From a virus (Duplodnaviria > Caudoviricetes), in the IMG/VR virus record IMGVR_UViG_3300037423_002159, positions 1-53,816 of that record: a stretch of DNA of 53,816 nucleotides; one strand, written 5' to 3'. Of this stretch, positions 36,701 through 46,169 are shown in pieces. How positions within the stretch are numbered: position 1 is the first letter of the stretch; every line of letters begins with the position of its first letter. Under the pieces are notes generated by a model. The model ran no database searches and was not told where the DNA came from. It worked only from the letters and a program-made list of their open reading frames with translations. A program made the position numbers and the translations under genes.

Positions 36701-38199
36701 TCGGCCATCGCGTTGTTGTAGTCGACCTGCGCGTTGAACAGGTCGATGAGCGCCTGACGCTCGTCGAGCTTGCCGGAGGCGATCCGGTCGGCGAGGTCGT
36801 CCTGGGCCTTCTGGGCGTCCGCGCGGGCCTTGGCGAGGTCGTCCTGAGCCTTCTTGGCGTCCCGCTGCGCGTCGGCGAGGTTCCGCTCGGCGTCGGCGAT
36901 CCGGCGGTCGCTGTCCTCGGCGGCACGGGCGGCCTGCGAGCGGGCCCGGGCGAGACTCTGGGAGGCGTCGCGGACGCCGCGGCTCGCGGTCCGCATCGCC
37001 TTGTCGTTGGCCAGCGCGTCCTTGCGGGCGTTGTCGTGCACCTCGCCCATCGCCGTCACGGCATCGGCCAGGCCGGTGAAGCCGGCGATCATGACGCCGA
37101 GCCCGGCCGCACCACCGATGGCCGCGGTGCCGATGGCGCCGAGCGCGCCGGCGGCCGACCCGAGCAGCGGTGCCAGGGTGGGCAGCAGCATCACCAGCGC
37201 GAGGACGCGGTAGTTGAAGATGCGGAAGGAGTTGGCCCCCTGGTCGGCGCCGCCGGCCGCGCCGGCGAACATGCCCAGGAACCCGGACGAGGCCTTCTTG
37301 TGGTTGATCTGGTCGATCTGCTCCTCGACCCGGTGGAGCTGGAGCAGCGCCAGCTTCACGTTCGCCTCGACCTTGACGTCGGGGTGCTTGCGGGCGAGCA
37401 GGTCGAGCTGCTCCTTGACCAGCTTGATCTCGGCGAGCGCCTCGCCGGCGTCCATGTCGACGCCGATGTGGGCGTCGATGTGCAGCAGCCGCTCGCGCAG
37501 CGCCGCGACCTTCCGCTCGGCCGGCGTCGAGTCCGCGTCGAGCTTGACGAAGAGGGTGTCGGCCATCGCCCGCGAGGCCTTGCGGATGAGCTGGCCCTGA
37601 CCACCGCCGCGGACTCGCTCGCGCTCGGCGTCGGCCGCGCGCATGTCGCGCAGGCGAGACTGGATCCGGCGGTCGCGGATCTTGTCACGGGCGCGCTCGC
37701 TGCGGGCCGCGGAGGCGGCCTCGGCCTTCTCCTGCTCGCGCAGGGCGCGGTTGGTGTTGGCGATGTCCCACTTGAGCCCCTGCAGCGCGAGGCGCTGGCG
37801 CTCGCGCTCCGCGGCCGCGCGGGCGCGAGCCTTGCCCTGCTCGACCTGCTTGGCCAGCGCGAACTCGTTGCGCATGTTCTGGCCGAGCACGGACCGCTCG
37901 GCCTCGCCGGCCTTGATGCGCGACTGGACGATGCCCTGGTGGAACTTCGAGTGCATCCGGCGCTGCTGGCCGAAGAACTTCTCGAGGTCGGAGAGCTCGC
38001 GCTCCTGGCCGACCTTGCGGGCCCGCGTCTCGCCCCGCTGGCGGGCCTCCTCGTTGCGGCGGCCGGCCTCTTCGTGGGCGCCCTCGGCCTTCCGGTTGGC
38101 CTGCTTGACCTGCCGGCCGATGTCGTCCTGCAGGTTCTTGAACGAGGGGACGACCTGCAGGAAGATCCGGCCTGCGCTGTACCGACGGCCTGCCGCCAC
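33763..38199 (-). CDS. Tape measure protein with a C-terminal M23 peptidase domain
   Basis: 1478 aa, coiled coil and W-repeats; HRALD...GSTGHSTGNHLHLE. Confidence 0.95.
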   Translation of the reverse strand: MAAGRRYSAGRIFLQVVPSFKNLQDDIGRQVKQANRKAEGAHEEAGRRNEEARQRGETRARKVGQERELSDLEKFFGQQRRMHSKFHQGIVQSRIKAGEAERSVLGQNMRNEFALAKQVEQGKARARAAAERERQRLALQGLKWDIANTNRALREQEKAEAASAARSERARDKIRDRRIQSRLRDMRAADAERERVRGGGQGQLIRKASRAMADTLFVKLDADSTPAERKVAALRERLLHIDAHIGVDMDAGEALAEIKLVKEQLDLLARKHPDVKVEANVKLALLQLHRVEEQIDQINHKKASSGFLGMFAGAAGGADQGANSFRIFNYRVLALVMLLPTLAPLLGSAAGALGAIGTAAIGGAAGLGVMIAGFTGLADAVTAMGEVHDNARKDALANDKAMRTASRGVRDASQSLARARSQAARAAEDSDRRIADAERNLADAQRDAKKAQDDLAKARADAQKAQDDLADRIASGKLDERQALIDLFNAQVDYNNAMADGSATNLEREQASIQLERARLNLKGVREENKALADQQKKGVKEDANVVAAQEKVVDTARRVKDAQQGVADAQRDQRQQAQDSADSIRDAQERLSDAQTAYQEALTKTGDIGQASMQKLQIAMGKLGPEGREFARFLFGLQTDFIDLRNIIQAGMLPPLQREIKKLMDTYGPDFKVFLSTMGTTVGQFFTLLGETLRGPDMRLFFETMAKYAPTFFTQFGDLFVNLLTVVANLATAFAPFAKEFMDGFVDMTKGWAEWSKGLIGSDGFNKFLDYVRTEGPQVLELIFSIAKLILNIGKGMADTPIFDAIVGFFKFIAGLDPKIVATLFTAITGLAFASQVAAGVNALAISVKFLMTSAMGPWVLGITAVVIALVWLYNNNENFRKGVQIVWAKVQEYVGVFVDWIKNSFLPWWQNKALPAITGFFQKVAEVAQWLWQNILQPVFTVIGGIISKTFQLIWAVASKWLWPMFEQFNSVVLWLWEHVLSPVFGWIGSYWATILKGIKWYWDNVLSRVFDALIAVVNGDLAGAWQSILDIASSVWNQLGKIVAEPVNFIIGTVLNDGLFKGINDVLEFLGLKWRVPMIDKIQVNRADPNYSYTGVASKGSAKNNKYAFDTGGYTGPGGKYEPAGIVHRDEYVLRKEATTSLRKIIGLDGLDFINRYGVLPGMPGYAIGGMVKPVNAQPRFPWGHYPSGKVHRALDLPAPAGTPIVSPFSGRIIRDGWDNSGFGNHVRLAADNGTFWILGHMLREIVSVGQRMLGGQLMGYVGSTGHSTGNHLHLEGRMSPYDPNSAFNFTAAFNGGVTKTPPVSAGGQKGLPWWADKPLEMLRGVVNTGLGLIPWHGGFIDMLKGVPNKIFDGVGQFLGSYFDSGNADLDDTSGSGGKYVWNGREVADNGSMMFDRGGLLQPGVTQVLNMTGRPEPVFTADQWAQHGGEGKAALIGRYEPHFHDVSITSDDVAQDLTRTLQRVSLGGKYAGRTL

Positions 38200-38215
38200 G
38201 GGTCGCCCTCCTCGC

Positions 38216-38680
38216 TCATCCCTGCGGGATCAATGCCGCAGTCAGCCGCTTATGGACCGCATCCATCTCTTCTCGGTCCAAACGGTCAAATGCCGTCTTC
38301 GGCCGAGCATACGGCACCACCGTTCGGGGGTTCGCGCTGTTGCTCTGGATGAGGGCGGCGAGTCGGTCCGCGATGACGGCCAGCAGGTTGACCTGCGGGC
38401 TCCATGTCGCGATGGACGGGCCGAGCGACTCCTCGCCGGAGCGCTCCCGCTTCTTCTGCTCGGCCTTGACCATCCGCGCGTACTCGAGGTCGTTCAGGAG
38501 CACCGCGTTCATGTGGGAGTCGGCCGGGAGGTGGTCGATGAGGTTCAGCAGGAGCCGCCACTTGCGTTGACGCCAAAGCACCCCGAGGAGATCGGGCTCC
38601 CCGGGGTACTTGGCGGCAAGGTCGGCCTCGATCGCCTGAGCTGCCTTGCTGAGGAGGTAGATCAGGCGCTGGCGTTTCCC
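38216..38680 (-). CDS. Tail assembly chaperone, -1 frameshift extension (gpGT-like)
   Basis: -1 frame stays open from the slippery site: GKRQRLIYLL...IEADL...LIDHLP. Confidence 0.85.
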   Translation of the reverse strand, partial: GKRQRLIYLLSKAAQAIEADLAAKYPGEPDLLGVLWRQRKWRLLLNLIDHLPADSHMNAVLLNDLEYARMVKAEQKKRERSGEESLGPSIATWSPQVNLLAVIADRLAALIQSNSANPRTVVPYARPKTAFDRLDREEMDAVHKRLTAALIPQG

Positions 38681-39012
38681 CGGTTCCCGAGGCCGTAGTG
38701 CTGCTGGAAGGCCTTCATGAGCTCGTTCATCTTCCAGGCCGGCATGCGGGTCTCGAGGAAGTGCTTCCGGTCCTCGCCCTGCAGGCAGATCTCGGCGAAC
38801 GTGTCGGGGTCGTCGAGGTCGACGAGATCCTGCCAGTCCGCGTCCTGCGGGTCGCTGAAGACGAGGCGCTTGCCGCCGACCACGGCGGCGAAGGGCACCT
38901 CGACGCCGTCCTCGCGCTCGAGCGTGTCGAGGTTGATGGCGACGGGAGCCGGGGAGTCCCCGACGGCGCGGACGGGGCGAGGACGGGACGTGGACTTGCG
39001 AGTGGTGGCCAT
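38662..39012 (-). CDS. Tail assembly chaperone (gpG-like)
   Basis: Position between major tail and tape measure genes; slippery site at the 3' end. Confidence 0.85.
   Translation of the reverse strand: MATTRKSTSRPRPVRAVGDSPAPVAINLDTLEREDGVEVPFAAVVGGKRLVFSDPQDADWQDLVDLDDPDTFAEICLQGEDRKHFLETRMPAWKMNELMKAFQQHYGLGNRGNASA
38674..38680 (-). other. Programmed -1 frameshift slippery heptamer G GGA AAC
   Basis: XXXYYYZ in frame, three codons before the chaperone stop. Confidence 0.85.
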
Positions 39013-39053
39013 GGGCAGGGCTCTTTCTCTTGGTGGGCGAACGGACCGGGCGG

Positions 39054-39305
39054 TCAGCTCTTCTTGGACTTCTTGTCGTCGGCCTTCGGCTCGGCGAACC
39101 CGTCGAACTTCGCGGCGTAGTACGCCTCGAGCGTGTGGACGGTGCGGGTCTGTCCGTTGCGGTGGACCAGCTCCACCGTCTCGAACTTGTCGGTGACCTC
39201 GGGCGAGACCTCGACGCCGGACGAGGACACCTCGACCTGGGCGTCGGCGTTGCTCTCGGCGGCGGCGTCGGCCTGCGCGCCACGGGCGGTGCTGGAACCA
39301 GCCAT
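39054..39305 (-). CDS. Small hypothetical protein in the tail module
   Basis: AAGGAG RBS. Confidence 0.75.
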   Translation of the reverse strand: MAGSSTARGAQADAAAESNADAQVEVSSSGVEVSPEVTDKFETVELVHRNGQTRTVHTLEAYYAAKFDGFAEPKADDKKSKKS

Positions 39306-39386
39306 GGTGTGTTGCTCCTTCGGTTTCGGCAGGCGCCCGGTGCGGCCTCGCCCTGCCCAAGCATAGCCGCACCGGGCGGTATAGGG

Positions 39387-39427
39387 CGGAACCCCCGAAG
39401 CGCGCAAAAGGTGCGTCGGGGGTTCCG
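39387..39427 (-). terminator. Hairpin after the major tail gene
   Basis: CGGAACCCCCGA/TCGGGGGTTCCG stem. Confidence 0.75.
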
Positions 39428-39447
39428 TGTGGGAGCCTCGGCTCCGA

Positions 39448-40137
39448 TCAGGCCGCGGCCTCGAAGCCCATCTGGGTCAGCAGGCCGTTCCAGCCCGGGC
39501 CGCCGAAGAACCAGCGCTCGGTGAAGCCGAGGGCGCTGTCCTTCGTGCCCTGGAAGGTGACGCCCCAGCCGATGGGGTCGTCGCCGCCACCGAAGGCCTG
39601 CTCGGCCTTGCCGGTGACCTTGGCGCGGGCCAGGAGGCGCCCGATGTAGATCTCGCCGTCGTCGGCCTCGTCGACCGCGACCGACAGGACGCGGTAGGAC
39701 TTCGCCTTGGGGCGCTCGGGCTTGGTGATGATGAGCTCGCCGTCGGTCTCCGTGGAGGTCGACGCGAGGTCGGCGCCCGTGTAGAGGCCGATGGTGGTGA
39801 GCTTGGTCTCCTGCGCCACGACCGTCAGGGTCGAGTTGTCGGACGTGATGTCCGAGCGCGTCGGGCTCGTCGCGCCCCAGGAGGTGACGTCGCTCGAGGA
39901 GACGTCGTTGGCGTACTGGGCGCCGTCGTTCGACAGGTAGCCGAGGTCACCCCACGGGAGCAGCCAGGTCGCCGGCGAGACCGCGACCGGCAGCGGCGCG
40001 AGGAGGTGGTCCGTCGCGTCGGTGAGCCGTGCGGGCACTCCGGCGTCGATGGACGCGATGAAGACGGAGCCCTTGAGGGCCTTGCGGATGAGCTCGGCCT
40101 GCTTGTTCTGCAGGGCCTCGTAGTCTGTGCCAGCCAC
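39448..40137 (-). CDS. Major tail protein
   Basis: ELIRKAL.GSVF; LGYLS.DG; TSWG...PTRSDI; WFFGGPGW. Confidence 0.9.
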   Translation of the reverse strand: MAGTDYEALQNKQAELIRKALKGSVFIASIDAGVPARLTDATDHLLAPLPVAVSPATWLLPWGDLGYLSNDGAQYANDVSSSDVTSWGATSPTRSDITSDNSTLTVVAQETKLTTIGLYTGADLASTSTETDGELIITKPERPKAKSYRVLSVAVDEADDGEIYIGRLLARAKVTGKAEQAFGGGDDPIGWGVTFQGTKDSALGFTERWFFGGPGWNGLLTQMGFEAAA

Positions 40138-40160
40138 GGTGTGGTCCTTCCTGGGTGTCG

Positions 40161-40574
40161 TCAGCGTCGTCGGAAACTGACCGAGTACGTTGCCTGGAAC
40201 CGTCGCACCGAGTCGTCCTCGGTGAACGGCACTTCGTTCGGGATGACGTTCGTCTCTACCCGGTCGAGCAGCACCGTGCTGTCGCCACTGCTGACACGGT
40301 GAGGATATCCCATGAAACGTGCATCAAAGGTGCGCGACAGACGACTCGCCACGCTATAGGACGAAGCGTAGAAAGCGACGTCGACCACGAAGGTGCCCTC
40401 GGTCTGGTCCGCGGCCCCGTCGAAGACGTAGGCCTGCGCCGCCGGCAGGGGCGACTCGCCCGGCGTGGGGGCCGCGACGTTGGCCTCGCCGACGCCGTCC
40501 ATGTCGGCCATCAGCGCGTCGACCAGCATTCGCATCACCTCGCCGTGGTCGGGGATCACCGCGATGTCACTCAT
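40161..40574 (-). CDS. Tail terminator protein
   Basis: Synteny; C-terminal RRFQATY. Confidence 0.75.
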   Translation of the reverse strand: MSDIAVIPDHGEVMRMLVDALMADMDGVGEANVAAPTPGESPLPAAQAYVFDGAADQTEGTFVVDVAFYASSYSVASRLSRTFDARFMGYPHRVSSGDSTVLLDRVETNVIPNEVPFTEDDSVRRFQATYSVSFRRR

Positions 40575-41001
40575 GGAAGTCACCCACCTTCGCTGCGGCC
40601 CGGCCGAGGACACGGAAGGGCTGGTTGGAGCCGCCCTGCGGCCGCGGCTCGCCCGGGGAGGCGCCCTCGTTCGGCCGGCCCGAGCCCCACTCGATGGCGC
40701 CCGCGGCCGGGTCGGTGTTGATCACCTCGACGACGGCGCGGCGCTGCCGCGGCTCGCCGGCGGGCTTGAACAGGAAGACCTTCCGCTTGCCGATCCCGAA
40801 GGAGCTGGCGTAGCGGCCCCTGTTCTTCGGGGCCAGCCCCCTGGCGATGCCGATCACCTGGTAGGCCGCCTGCAGGCACGGGCGGCGGATCTTGTCCGAC
40901 TCGACGAACGCCGACATCGGGTAGGAGCCGTCCTCGTGCATCTTGTAGCTGTTGACCTTGTCGCGCTGGTAGTAGACGAGCGCGTTCGCCTTGCTGGCCA
41001 T
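40567..41001 (-). CDS. Neck/tail-completion protein (HK97 gp10-like)
   Basis: AP..RG.YA.SF; A.AIEWG; RVLGRAA. Confidence 0.7.
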   Translation of the reverse strand: MASKANALVYYQRDKVNSYKMHEDGSYPMSAFVESDKIRRPCLQAAYQVIGIARGLAPKNRGRYASSFGIGKRKVFLFKPAGEPRQRRAVVEVINTDPAAGAIEWGSGRPNEGASPGEPRPQGGSNQPFRVLGRAAAKVGDFHE

Positions 41002-41333
41002 CAGCCGACCCCGTAGCGCGTCGTCTGGAAGAGCAGCCCGAGGAACTTGCCGCGCTTGTTGCGCCAGTCCCCGACCACGCCATCGACGCCGAGCTCCTTG
41101 CCGCGCACGACGATGACGTCGGTCGCCTTCACCTGGAAGGCGATGGGGGCCGGCGCCCAGACGGTGTAGCCCTCGATCGAGACGATGCCGCGCTCGGCGC
41201 TCTCCCTCGAGGCCCGCGGCATGACGATGCAGCGCTTGAGGACGCCGCGCACCTCGCCAGGCGTCTTGTCGCCGTTGCGGTCCTTCGTCGGCGCCGCCTG
41301 CACGGTGACCAGCTCCGAGCCCTTGGCCGCCAT
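41001..41333 (-). CDS. Head-to-tail stopper
   Basis: DRNGD; ATDVIVVRG...VDG...W; synteny. Confidence 0.8.
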   Translation of the reverse strand: MAAKGSELVTVQAAPTKDRNGDKTPGEVRGVLKRCIVMPRASRESAERGIVSIEGYTVWAPAPIAFQVKATDVIVVRGKELGVDGVVGDWRNKRGKFLGLLFQTTRYGVG

Positions 41334-41860
41334 CAGGCACCGCCGTAGGCGTTGTACTCGTTGATGCCGACCGGCCACGGGGCGGCGCGCGGGTCGAGGT
41401 CGGGCAGGTAGATCGCGGCCCAGTCCTCGCCGTAGGGGCGGTTCTCGATCTGCAGCACCCACAGGCCGCCGGTGCCCGACCCGCTGTCGACGATGCCGGT
41501 CGTGCGCCTCACCTCGGCGAGGTACTCGCTCTCGATCTCGGTCAGCTCGAAGGTCCGGGCGAAGTCCTCGATGGTGCGGTCCCCGCCGATGGGGCCCACC
41601 GAGCCCTCGGCGACGACGGCGTTCGGGTTGATGTAGGAGCGCTTCGCGAGCTGCTCGGCGATCATCACCGCGCGCCGCGGCGCGGCCACCACGGGCATGT
41701 CGCTGCCGTCCGGCGCGACGCCGAGCCAGTCCGGCCGGCCGGCGGCGTCGGCCACGATGACGGAGGCCGCCTGGATGCAGTAGTCCCCGTACTCCGGGCG
41801 CTCGAGGGGCGACTCTTCGGCCAGCAGCTCGAGCGTGTCCGAGTTGAGTAGAGGTGTCAT
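41333..41860 (-). CDS. Head-to-tail adaptor
   Basis: AS.IV...AKRSY.NP...LT..E; follows the capsid gene. Confidence 0.8.
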   Translation of the reverse strand: MTPLLNSDTLELLAEESPLERPEYGDYCIQAASVIVADAAGRPDWLGVAPDGSDMPVVAAPRRAVMIAEQLAKRSYINPNAVVAEGSVGPIGGDRTIEDFARTFELTEIESEYLAEVRRTTGIVDSGSGTGGLWVLQIENRPYGEDWAAIYLPDLDPRAAPWPVGINEYNAYGGA

Positions 41861-41874
41861 GGTTGAAGCATAGG

Positions 41875-41912
41875 GCAGCGCCCCGGCCTCCAAGAGGAAG
41901 CCGGGGCGCTGC
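41875..41912 (-). terminator. Hairpin after the major capsid gene
   Basis: 13-bp stem GCAGCGCCCCGGC/GCCGGGGCGCTGC. Confidence 0.8.
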
Positions 41913-41965
41913 TGGGGGCGGCGTCGCGGTCAGCGGATGCGGGGAGCGACTGACCGTGCCGTCGA

Positions 41966-42949
41966 TCAGGCGGGCGGCGTCAGGACCGAGTCGAACCCGG
42001 TGGCCGTGATGCCGATGCCGCGCACGTTCTTCGCGGTGGCGTAGCCGTCACCGGTCGGGTCGACGAGCGAGCCGTCGGCGTTGCGCTCGTCGCGGATGTC
42101 CGTGAAGCCTGCGAAGGCGTGGAACATCGAGCGGTCGCGCGCGTACGCCGAGTCGTAGTCGGCGATCCAGGTGCCGGCGAAGCCCTTGGTGCTGGCGCCC
42201 TGCTTGCCGACGTGCGCGCCGGTCGGGACGACGGGCGCCACGTTGGCGACCATCAGGGCCGACGGGTGGCCGTACCAGACGAAGTCCGGGTCCAGGTCGG
42301 GCAGTGCGATGACCGGGGTGCCGGCGAGGCGGCCGATGATCGCCTCGCGCAGCGCCGGGGTACCGGTCTCACCAGTCGACTCGTACTTGCTGAGTCGGTC
42401 GGAGACGATCCAGGCGGCCTCGACGTCCGAGCCGATGAGGAAGACGCGGCCGGCGCGGGGCGCGACCTTGTCCGCGTCGAGCAGTCGCCGGGCCTCGGCG
42501 ACGACGCGCAGCGGGTCGTTGTCGGGCGTGATGGCGAAGCTCCGCTTCCACGGGATGGTGGCGAACTTCGCGAGCGTCTTGGCCTCGAGGTCCGCGGCGA
42601 CGGCCTCGGCCTGCGGGCCGACCACGTCGCGCATGAGCTCGATCTCGTCGAGCGTGAGCTGCTCGAGCGTGATGCTCGTCGCGGAGACGACGTGCTTGTC
42701 GAGCTTCGCGGCGATCTTCCCGCCACCGACGATGTCGTCCATGACGATGGGCGCCGTGCGGGTGCGGAACTCGTAGTCCCGGGCGACGGCCTTGAGCTTG
42801 CCGATGTTGACGGTGACCGTGTCGCCCTCTGCTCCCGTGAACGTCCCGTCGGGGAAGCGCGTCGAGAGGTAGGGCGAGACCACGGAGCGCTCGACGATGG
42901 CCAGCGCCAGGCTGACGACCTTCTCGGGCTTGACCTTGATGACGGCCAT
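41966..42949 (-). CDS. Major capsid protein
   Basis: AAGGAG RBS; GDTVTV, ALREAIIGRLAG; follows the scaffold gene. Confidence 0.9.
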   Translation of the reverse strand: MAVIKVKPEKVVSLALAIVERSVVSPYLSTRFPDGTFTGAEGDTVTVNIGKLKAVARDYEFRTRTAPIVMDDIVGGGKIAAKLDKHVVSATSITLEQLTLDEIELMRDVVGPQAEAVAADLEAKTLAKFATIPWKRSFAITPDNDPLRVVAEARRLLDADKVAPRAGRVFLIGSDVEAAWIVSDRLSKYESTGETGTPALREAIIGRLAGTPVIALPDLDPDFVWYGHPSALMVANVAPVVPTGAHVGKQGASTKGFAGTWIADYDSAYARDRSMFHAFAGFTDIRDERNADGSLVDPTGDGYATAKNVRGIGITATGFDSVLTPPA

Positions 42950-43011
42950 GGTGTGGTGCTCCTTCTCGGGTTGGCCGCCGGCTCAGGCCGTTGGCAGTGG
43001 TGAGCGCGTGC

Positions 43012-43602
43012 TCAGAAGATCCGTGATGTGGCCACGTACTCGTCGGCCGCCTTCTCGGCGTCGAAACGCCCCTCGAGCGGCTTCGGGTCGGCCGGGTTGC
43101 GAAGGCCGGACTTCGGCTGGGTCGCGGGGTTGTCCGCGTCGCCGTCGCCGTCGCCGTCGTCGTCCTTCTTCGTCGGGTTCCACTCCTTGAGGAGGTCGTC
43201 CGCGTCGGACTCCAGCTCCTCCTTCGTGGCCCCGACCAGTCGCTTCATCTGGACCTTCGTGAGGCCCTTCTCGAACGCGACCTCGAGCTTGAGCTTGTCG
43301 ATGTCCGGCTCGTCGACCTTCTTGGCCTTGGCCAGCGCCTCGTCCCGCTCCCGGGTCAGTCGCTCGACGTCGGTCTCGTTGGCACGCTGGGCCTCCTCGA
43401 CCTTCGACTTGTAACCGTCCCGCTCGCTCGTGACCGTCGCGAGGTCGGCGGTGGCCTTGGCGGCCGCCTCCTGCTGCTCGAACGCCTGGGTGGAGAGGTA
43501 GTGGATGAACGCACGGCCCTTCTCCGGGTCGTACTCCTCGCCCTTCTTCTCCCAGGGGGTCTGGAACCCTCCGTCGAGTGGCTTCGGCTTCACGATGGTC
43601 AT
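43012..43602 (-). CDS. Capsid scaffolding protein
   Basis: AGGAGG RBS; PWE..GE..D; RLVGATKEELESDADDL. Confidence 0.85.
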   Translation of the reverse strand: MTIVKPKPLDGGFQTPWEKKGEEYDPEKGRAFIHYLSTQAFEQQEAAAKATADLATVTSERDGYKSKVEEAQRANETDVERLTRERDEALAKAKKVDEPDIDKLKLEVAFEKGLTKVQMKRLVGATKEELESDADDLLKEWNPTKKDDDGDGDGDADNPATQPKSGLRNPADPKPLEGRFDAEKAADEYVATSRIF

Positions 43603-43711
43603 GCTTTGCCTCCTGTGGCATCGCCCACGCCCTGCTGTGGTCCGTGGTGCTATCGCGATGATACACACCCATTCCGGTCGGAAAGGTAGGAGATGCGCGT
43701 ACCGGGGCGTG

Positions 43712-44635
43712 TCAGGCAGCGGCGATGCCGAGGGTGGCGTAGCGCTCGCGCCAGTCCTTCATCGTCGGGCGGCGGCCGTACAGCCGCTCGGTCTCCTGGC
43801 CCAGCGACTTCCACTCGTCCTCGAGGCGCTGGCTCAGGGCCGGCCACTCCTCGGTCGAGCGGGTGTAGACCTGCCGCAGCGAGCACGAGCAGTGGTCATG
43901 CACCTTGTGCCGGCCGGGGCCCTCGAACCGGGCATCGCTCTCGTCGAACGACTCGCCGTCGTAGACGGGGCCGCGGCTGGCGAGCGCCGCGCAGAAGAAG
44001 CACGGCTGGCTCGAGGTGACCCGCACCCAGCCGATGGCCCGCCCGCCCGCGCGCGTCGAGGCGATCACCTGGTCGCGGGAGGCGTTCCCGGCGTGTCGCG
44101 CCGCGGCGGCCCCGGCCATCTCGCCGGACTTGTCGATCTCCTGCTGCAGGCTGACCGCCCGCCCCTGGTCGAGGATCTCGAGGGCGCGCTGGCGCTGCGG
44201 GATGCCCTGCTCGGGGTCCGCGGCCCGGCGCAGGAAGGACTGCTCGAGCAGTGACGGGGCCTGCGCCACCGAGCCCGAGGAGCCGATGCGCTTGCGGGCG
44301 CTGACGATGCCGGTCGTCCACAGCGACGTGCGGATCTGCTCGAGGGTCGGCGGCACGTCGGGGATGACCGGCGGCGCAGCAGCCCGGGGGAAGACGAGCT
44401 GCTGCACCTCGGTCATGTAGCCGGTCGCCTCTTCCCAGACCTTGGCCCGGACGGCGAGGGAGATCTGCAGGCTGCGGTCGAGCCAGTCGTCGACCTTGGG
44501 GCCGCCGGACAGGATGTCCTCGATCGCGAGGCTGCTGAACAGCCGGCTGACCGCGAGCGACACGCCGAGCTGCCGGCGCGTCAGGGTCGCCCGGTACTCG
44601 GCGTCGAGCCGCTCGAGGTCGGACCGCAGGCTCAT
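43712..44635 (-). CDS. MuF-like/capsid maturation protein
   Basis: GWVRV...CFFCAALASRGPVY...HDHCSC. Confidence 0.8.
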   Translation of the reverse strand: MSLRSDLERLDAEYRATLTRRQLGVSLAVSRLFSSLAIEDILSGGPKVDDWLDRSLQISLAVRAKVWEEATGYMTEVQQLVFPRAAAPPVIPDVPPTLEQIRTSLWTTGIVSARKRIGSSGSVAQAPSLLEQSFLRRAADPEQGIPQRQRALEILDQGRAVSLQQEIDKSGEMAGAAAARHAGNASRDQVIASTRAGGRAIGWVRVTSSQPCFFCAALASRGPVYDGESFDESDARFEGPGRHKVHDHCSCSLRQVYTRSTEEWPALSQRLEDEWKSLGQETERLYGRRPTMKDWRERYATLGIAAA

Positions 44636-46062
44636 GCCGTCGTCTGCGGCTCGGGCTGGTTCTGGCCCTCCTGCTGCGGCTGGGTCGCGGCGTCCTTCGT
44701 GATCTGCTCGACCTCGGCCAGCAGCCTGTCGATGGAGCCGTTGAGCACGAGGTTCTTCGCACGCTCGACGTCGTTGTCGGTCCAGCCCGGGATGCGCTCC
44801 CAGAGCATCTCGACCGGCACCTTGAGGTTGGTCGCGAGGATGCCCAGCGCCATCGCGGCCTGCTCGAGCGAGCGGGACTCAGTGTCGCGCCACTTCGCCT
44901 GCATCTCGTACGCGCGGGCCTCGACGGTGTCGTTGCGCATGTGCGCGTCGAGCCGGAAGAGCTGCTCGTGGCTCTCGCCCCAAGAGAGGCGGTGCTCGCG
45001 GCTCTTGCGCTGCAGGCCGGACTCGGCCGCCGCCAGCGACTCGGCCTGCAGGTTGCTCGACACGCCGAGGAGGTGGTGCGGCGGCGTCTGGCTCAGCGCC
45101 GACAGGTCACGCAGGTCCGAGTCGCGCGCGGAGATGAAGCCGGCGAGGTCGGTCGCGTCGAGGGTGCCGAACTTGGTGTCCTTGCCCTCGGCGATGAGGA
45201 TCGACTCCATGCGCAGCTTGAGCTTCTGCGCCTCGGCCTCCTGCGTGCTCGTGGGCTTGATCATGCCGGCGATCCAGCGGATCTTCCACGCGCCGAAGCG
45301 CTGCACGATGAGCCGGTCGAACGTGTCCTGGTCGATGCGGGCGAGCAGCGGCACCATGCCCATCAGGTCCGAGTTGGTCCGGCCCATGATGTCGATGTTC
45401 GGCGCGTACCTGACCACCGGGCAGATCGAGGCACCGTGCTCGCGGGAGTCGATGAAGGACCAGTCCCGCACGTCCCAGCCGTCGCCCTTGCACTGCAGGA
45501 AGTAGACCCGCTCGGAGTCGAAGACCCGCACCGCCCAGCCGTCCTGAACGCCGAGCGCGGTCGAGGTCGGCGTGGCCAGCAGCGCAATCTCGGGCCACTC
45601 GTCGTCGTCGGGGTTGTAGAAGCAGGCCATGTCGGCCGCCGACGCGAGGTGGTACTTGCTCATCACCTCGCCGGACAGCGGATCCTTCGACTTCTCGGCC
45701 CAGATGAATGCCACCCCGTGCGCGCACGAGCCGCGGTAGAGCCGCGGCTGCTTGGCGTCCATGCCGTTGCGCTGCCAGGTGCGCCAGCCGGTCATGTTCT
45801 TCTCGCTGCCGGGCATCCGCATGCCGGTCAGTTCGGCGTTCTGCACCACCGAGGTGACCAGCAGGCCACCCCAGGCGTTCGGGCTCTTGCTCGCGAGCTC
45901 CTGGTACTCCGGCTCGGCGCCGCGCGGGATGTACAGGCTCTGGGTCTGCTCACCACGGTGCCAGGCGTCCCACTTCATCGCCTCCTCGCGCTGACGCAGG
46001 AACGAGGGCATGTACTCGCGGGCCAGCTCCCGAACTGCCTGCTGGGACATCCCCTTCGCCAT
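44632..46062 (-). CDS. Portal protein (SPP1 gp6-like)
   Basis: WQRNGMDAKQ; CPVVRY; TKFGTL; SQTPPH; WRDTESRS. Confidence 0.92.
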   Translation of the reverse strand: MAKGMSQQAVRELAREYMPSFLRQREEAMKWDAWHRGEQTQSLYIPRGAEPEYQELASKSPNAWGGLLVTSVVQNAELTGMRMPGSEKNMTGWRTWQRNGMDAKQPRLYRGSCAHGVAFIWAEKSKDPLSGEVMSKYHLASAADMACFYNPDDDEWPEIALLATPTSTALGVQDGWAVRVFDSERVYFLQCKGDGWDVRDWSFIDSREHGASICPVVRYAPNIDIMGRTNSDLMGMVPLLARIDQDTFDRLIVQRFGAWKIRWIAGMIKPTSTQEAEAQKLKLRMESILIAEGKDTKFGTLDATDLAGFISARDSDLRDLSALSQTPPHHLLGVSSNLQAESLAAAESGLQRKSREHRLSWGESHEQLFRLDAHMRNDTVEARAYEMQAKWRDTESRSLEQAAMALGILATNLKVPVEMLWERIPGWTDNDVERAKNLVLNGSIDRLLAEVEQITKDAATQPQQEGQNQPEPQTTA

Positions 46063-46124
46063 GCCTCGGTCCTCGTCTCTCAGCGCCGGCCGTCCGTTTT
46101 GCGCCAGCATAGCCGTACAAAGGC

Positions 46125-46169
46125 CGACGTCCCCGACATGCGGTGACCATCCGCACGTCGAGGACGTCG
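46125..46169 (-). terminator. Long hairpin upstream of the portal promoter
   Basis: CGACGTCC/GGACGTCG plus inner stems; followed by GCCTTTGT on the - strand. Confidence 0.6.

Noticed and set aside
33859-38352. 1497-aa + strand ORF
   Set aside because: Antisense shadow of the tape measure gene caused by high GC3; no recognisable motifs
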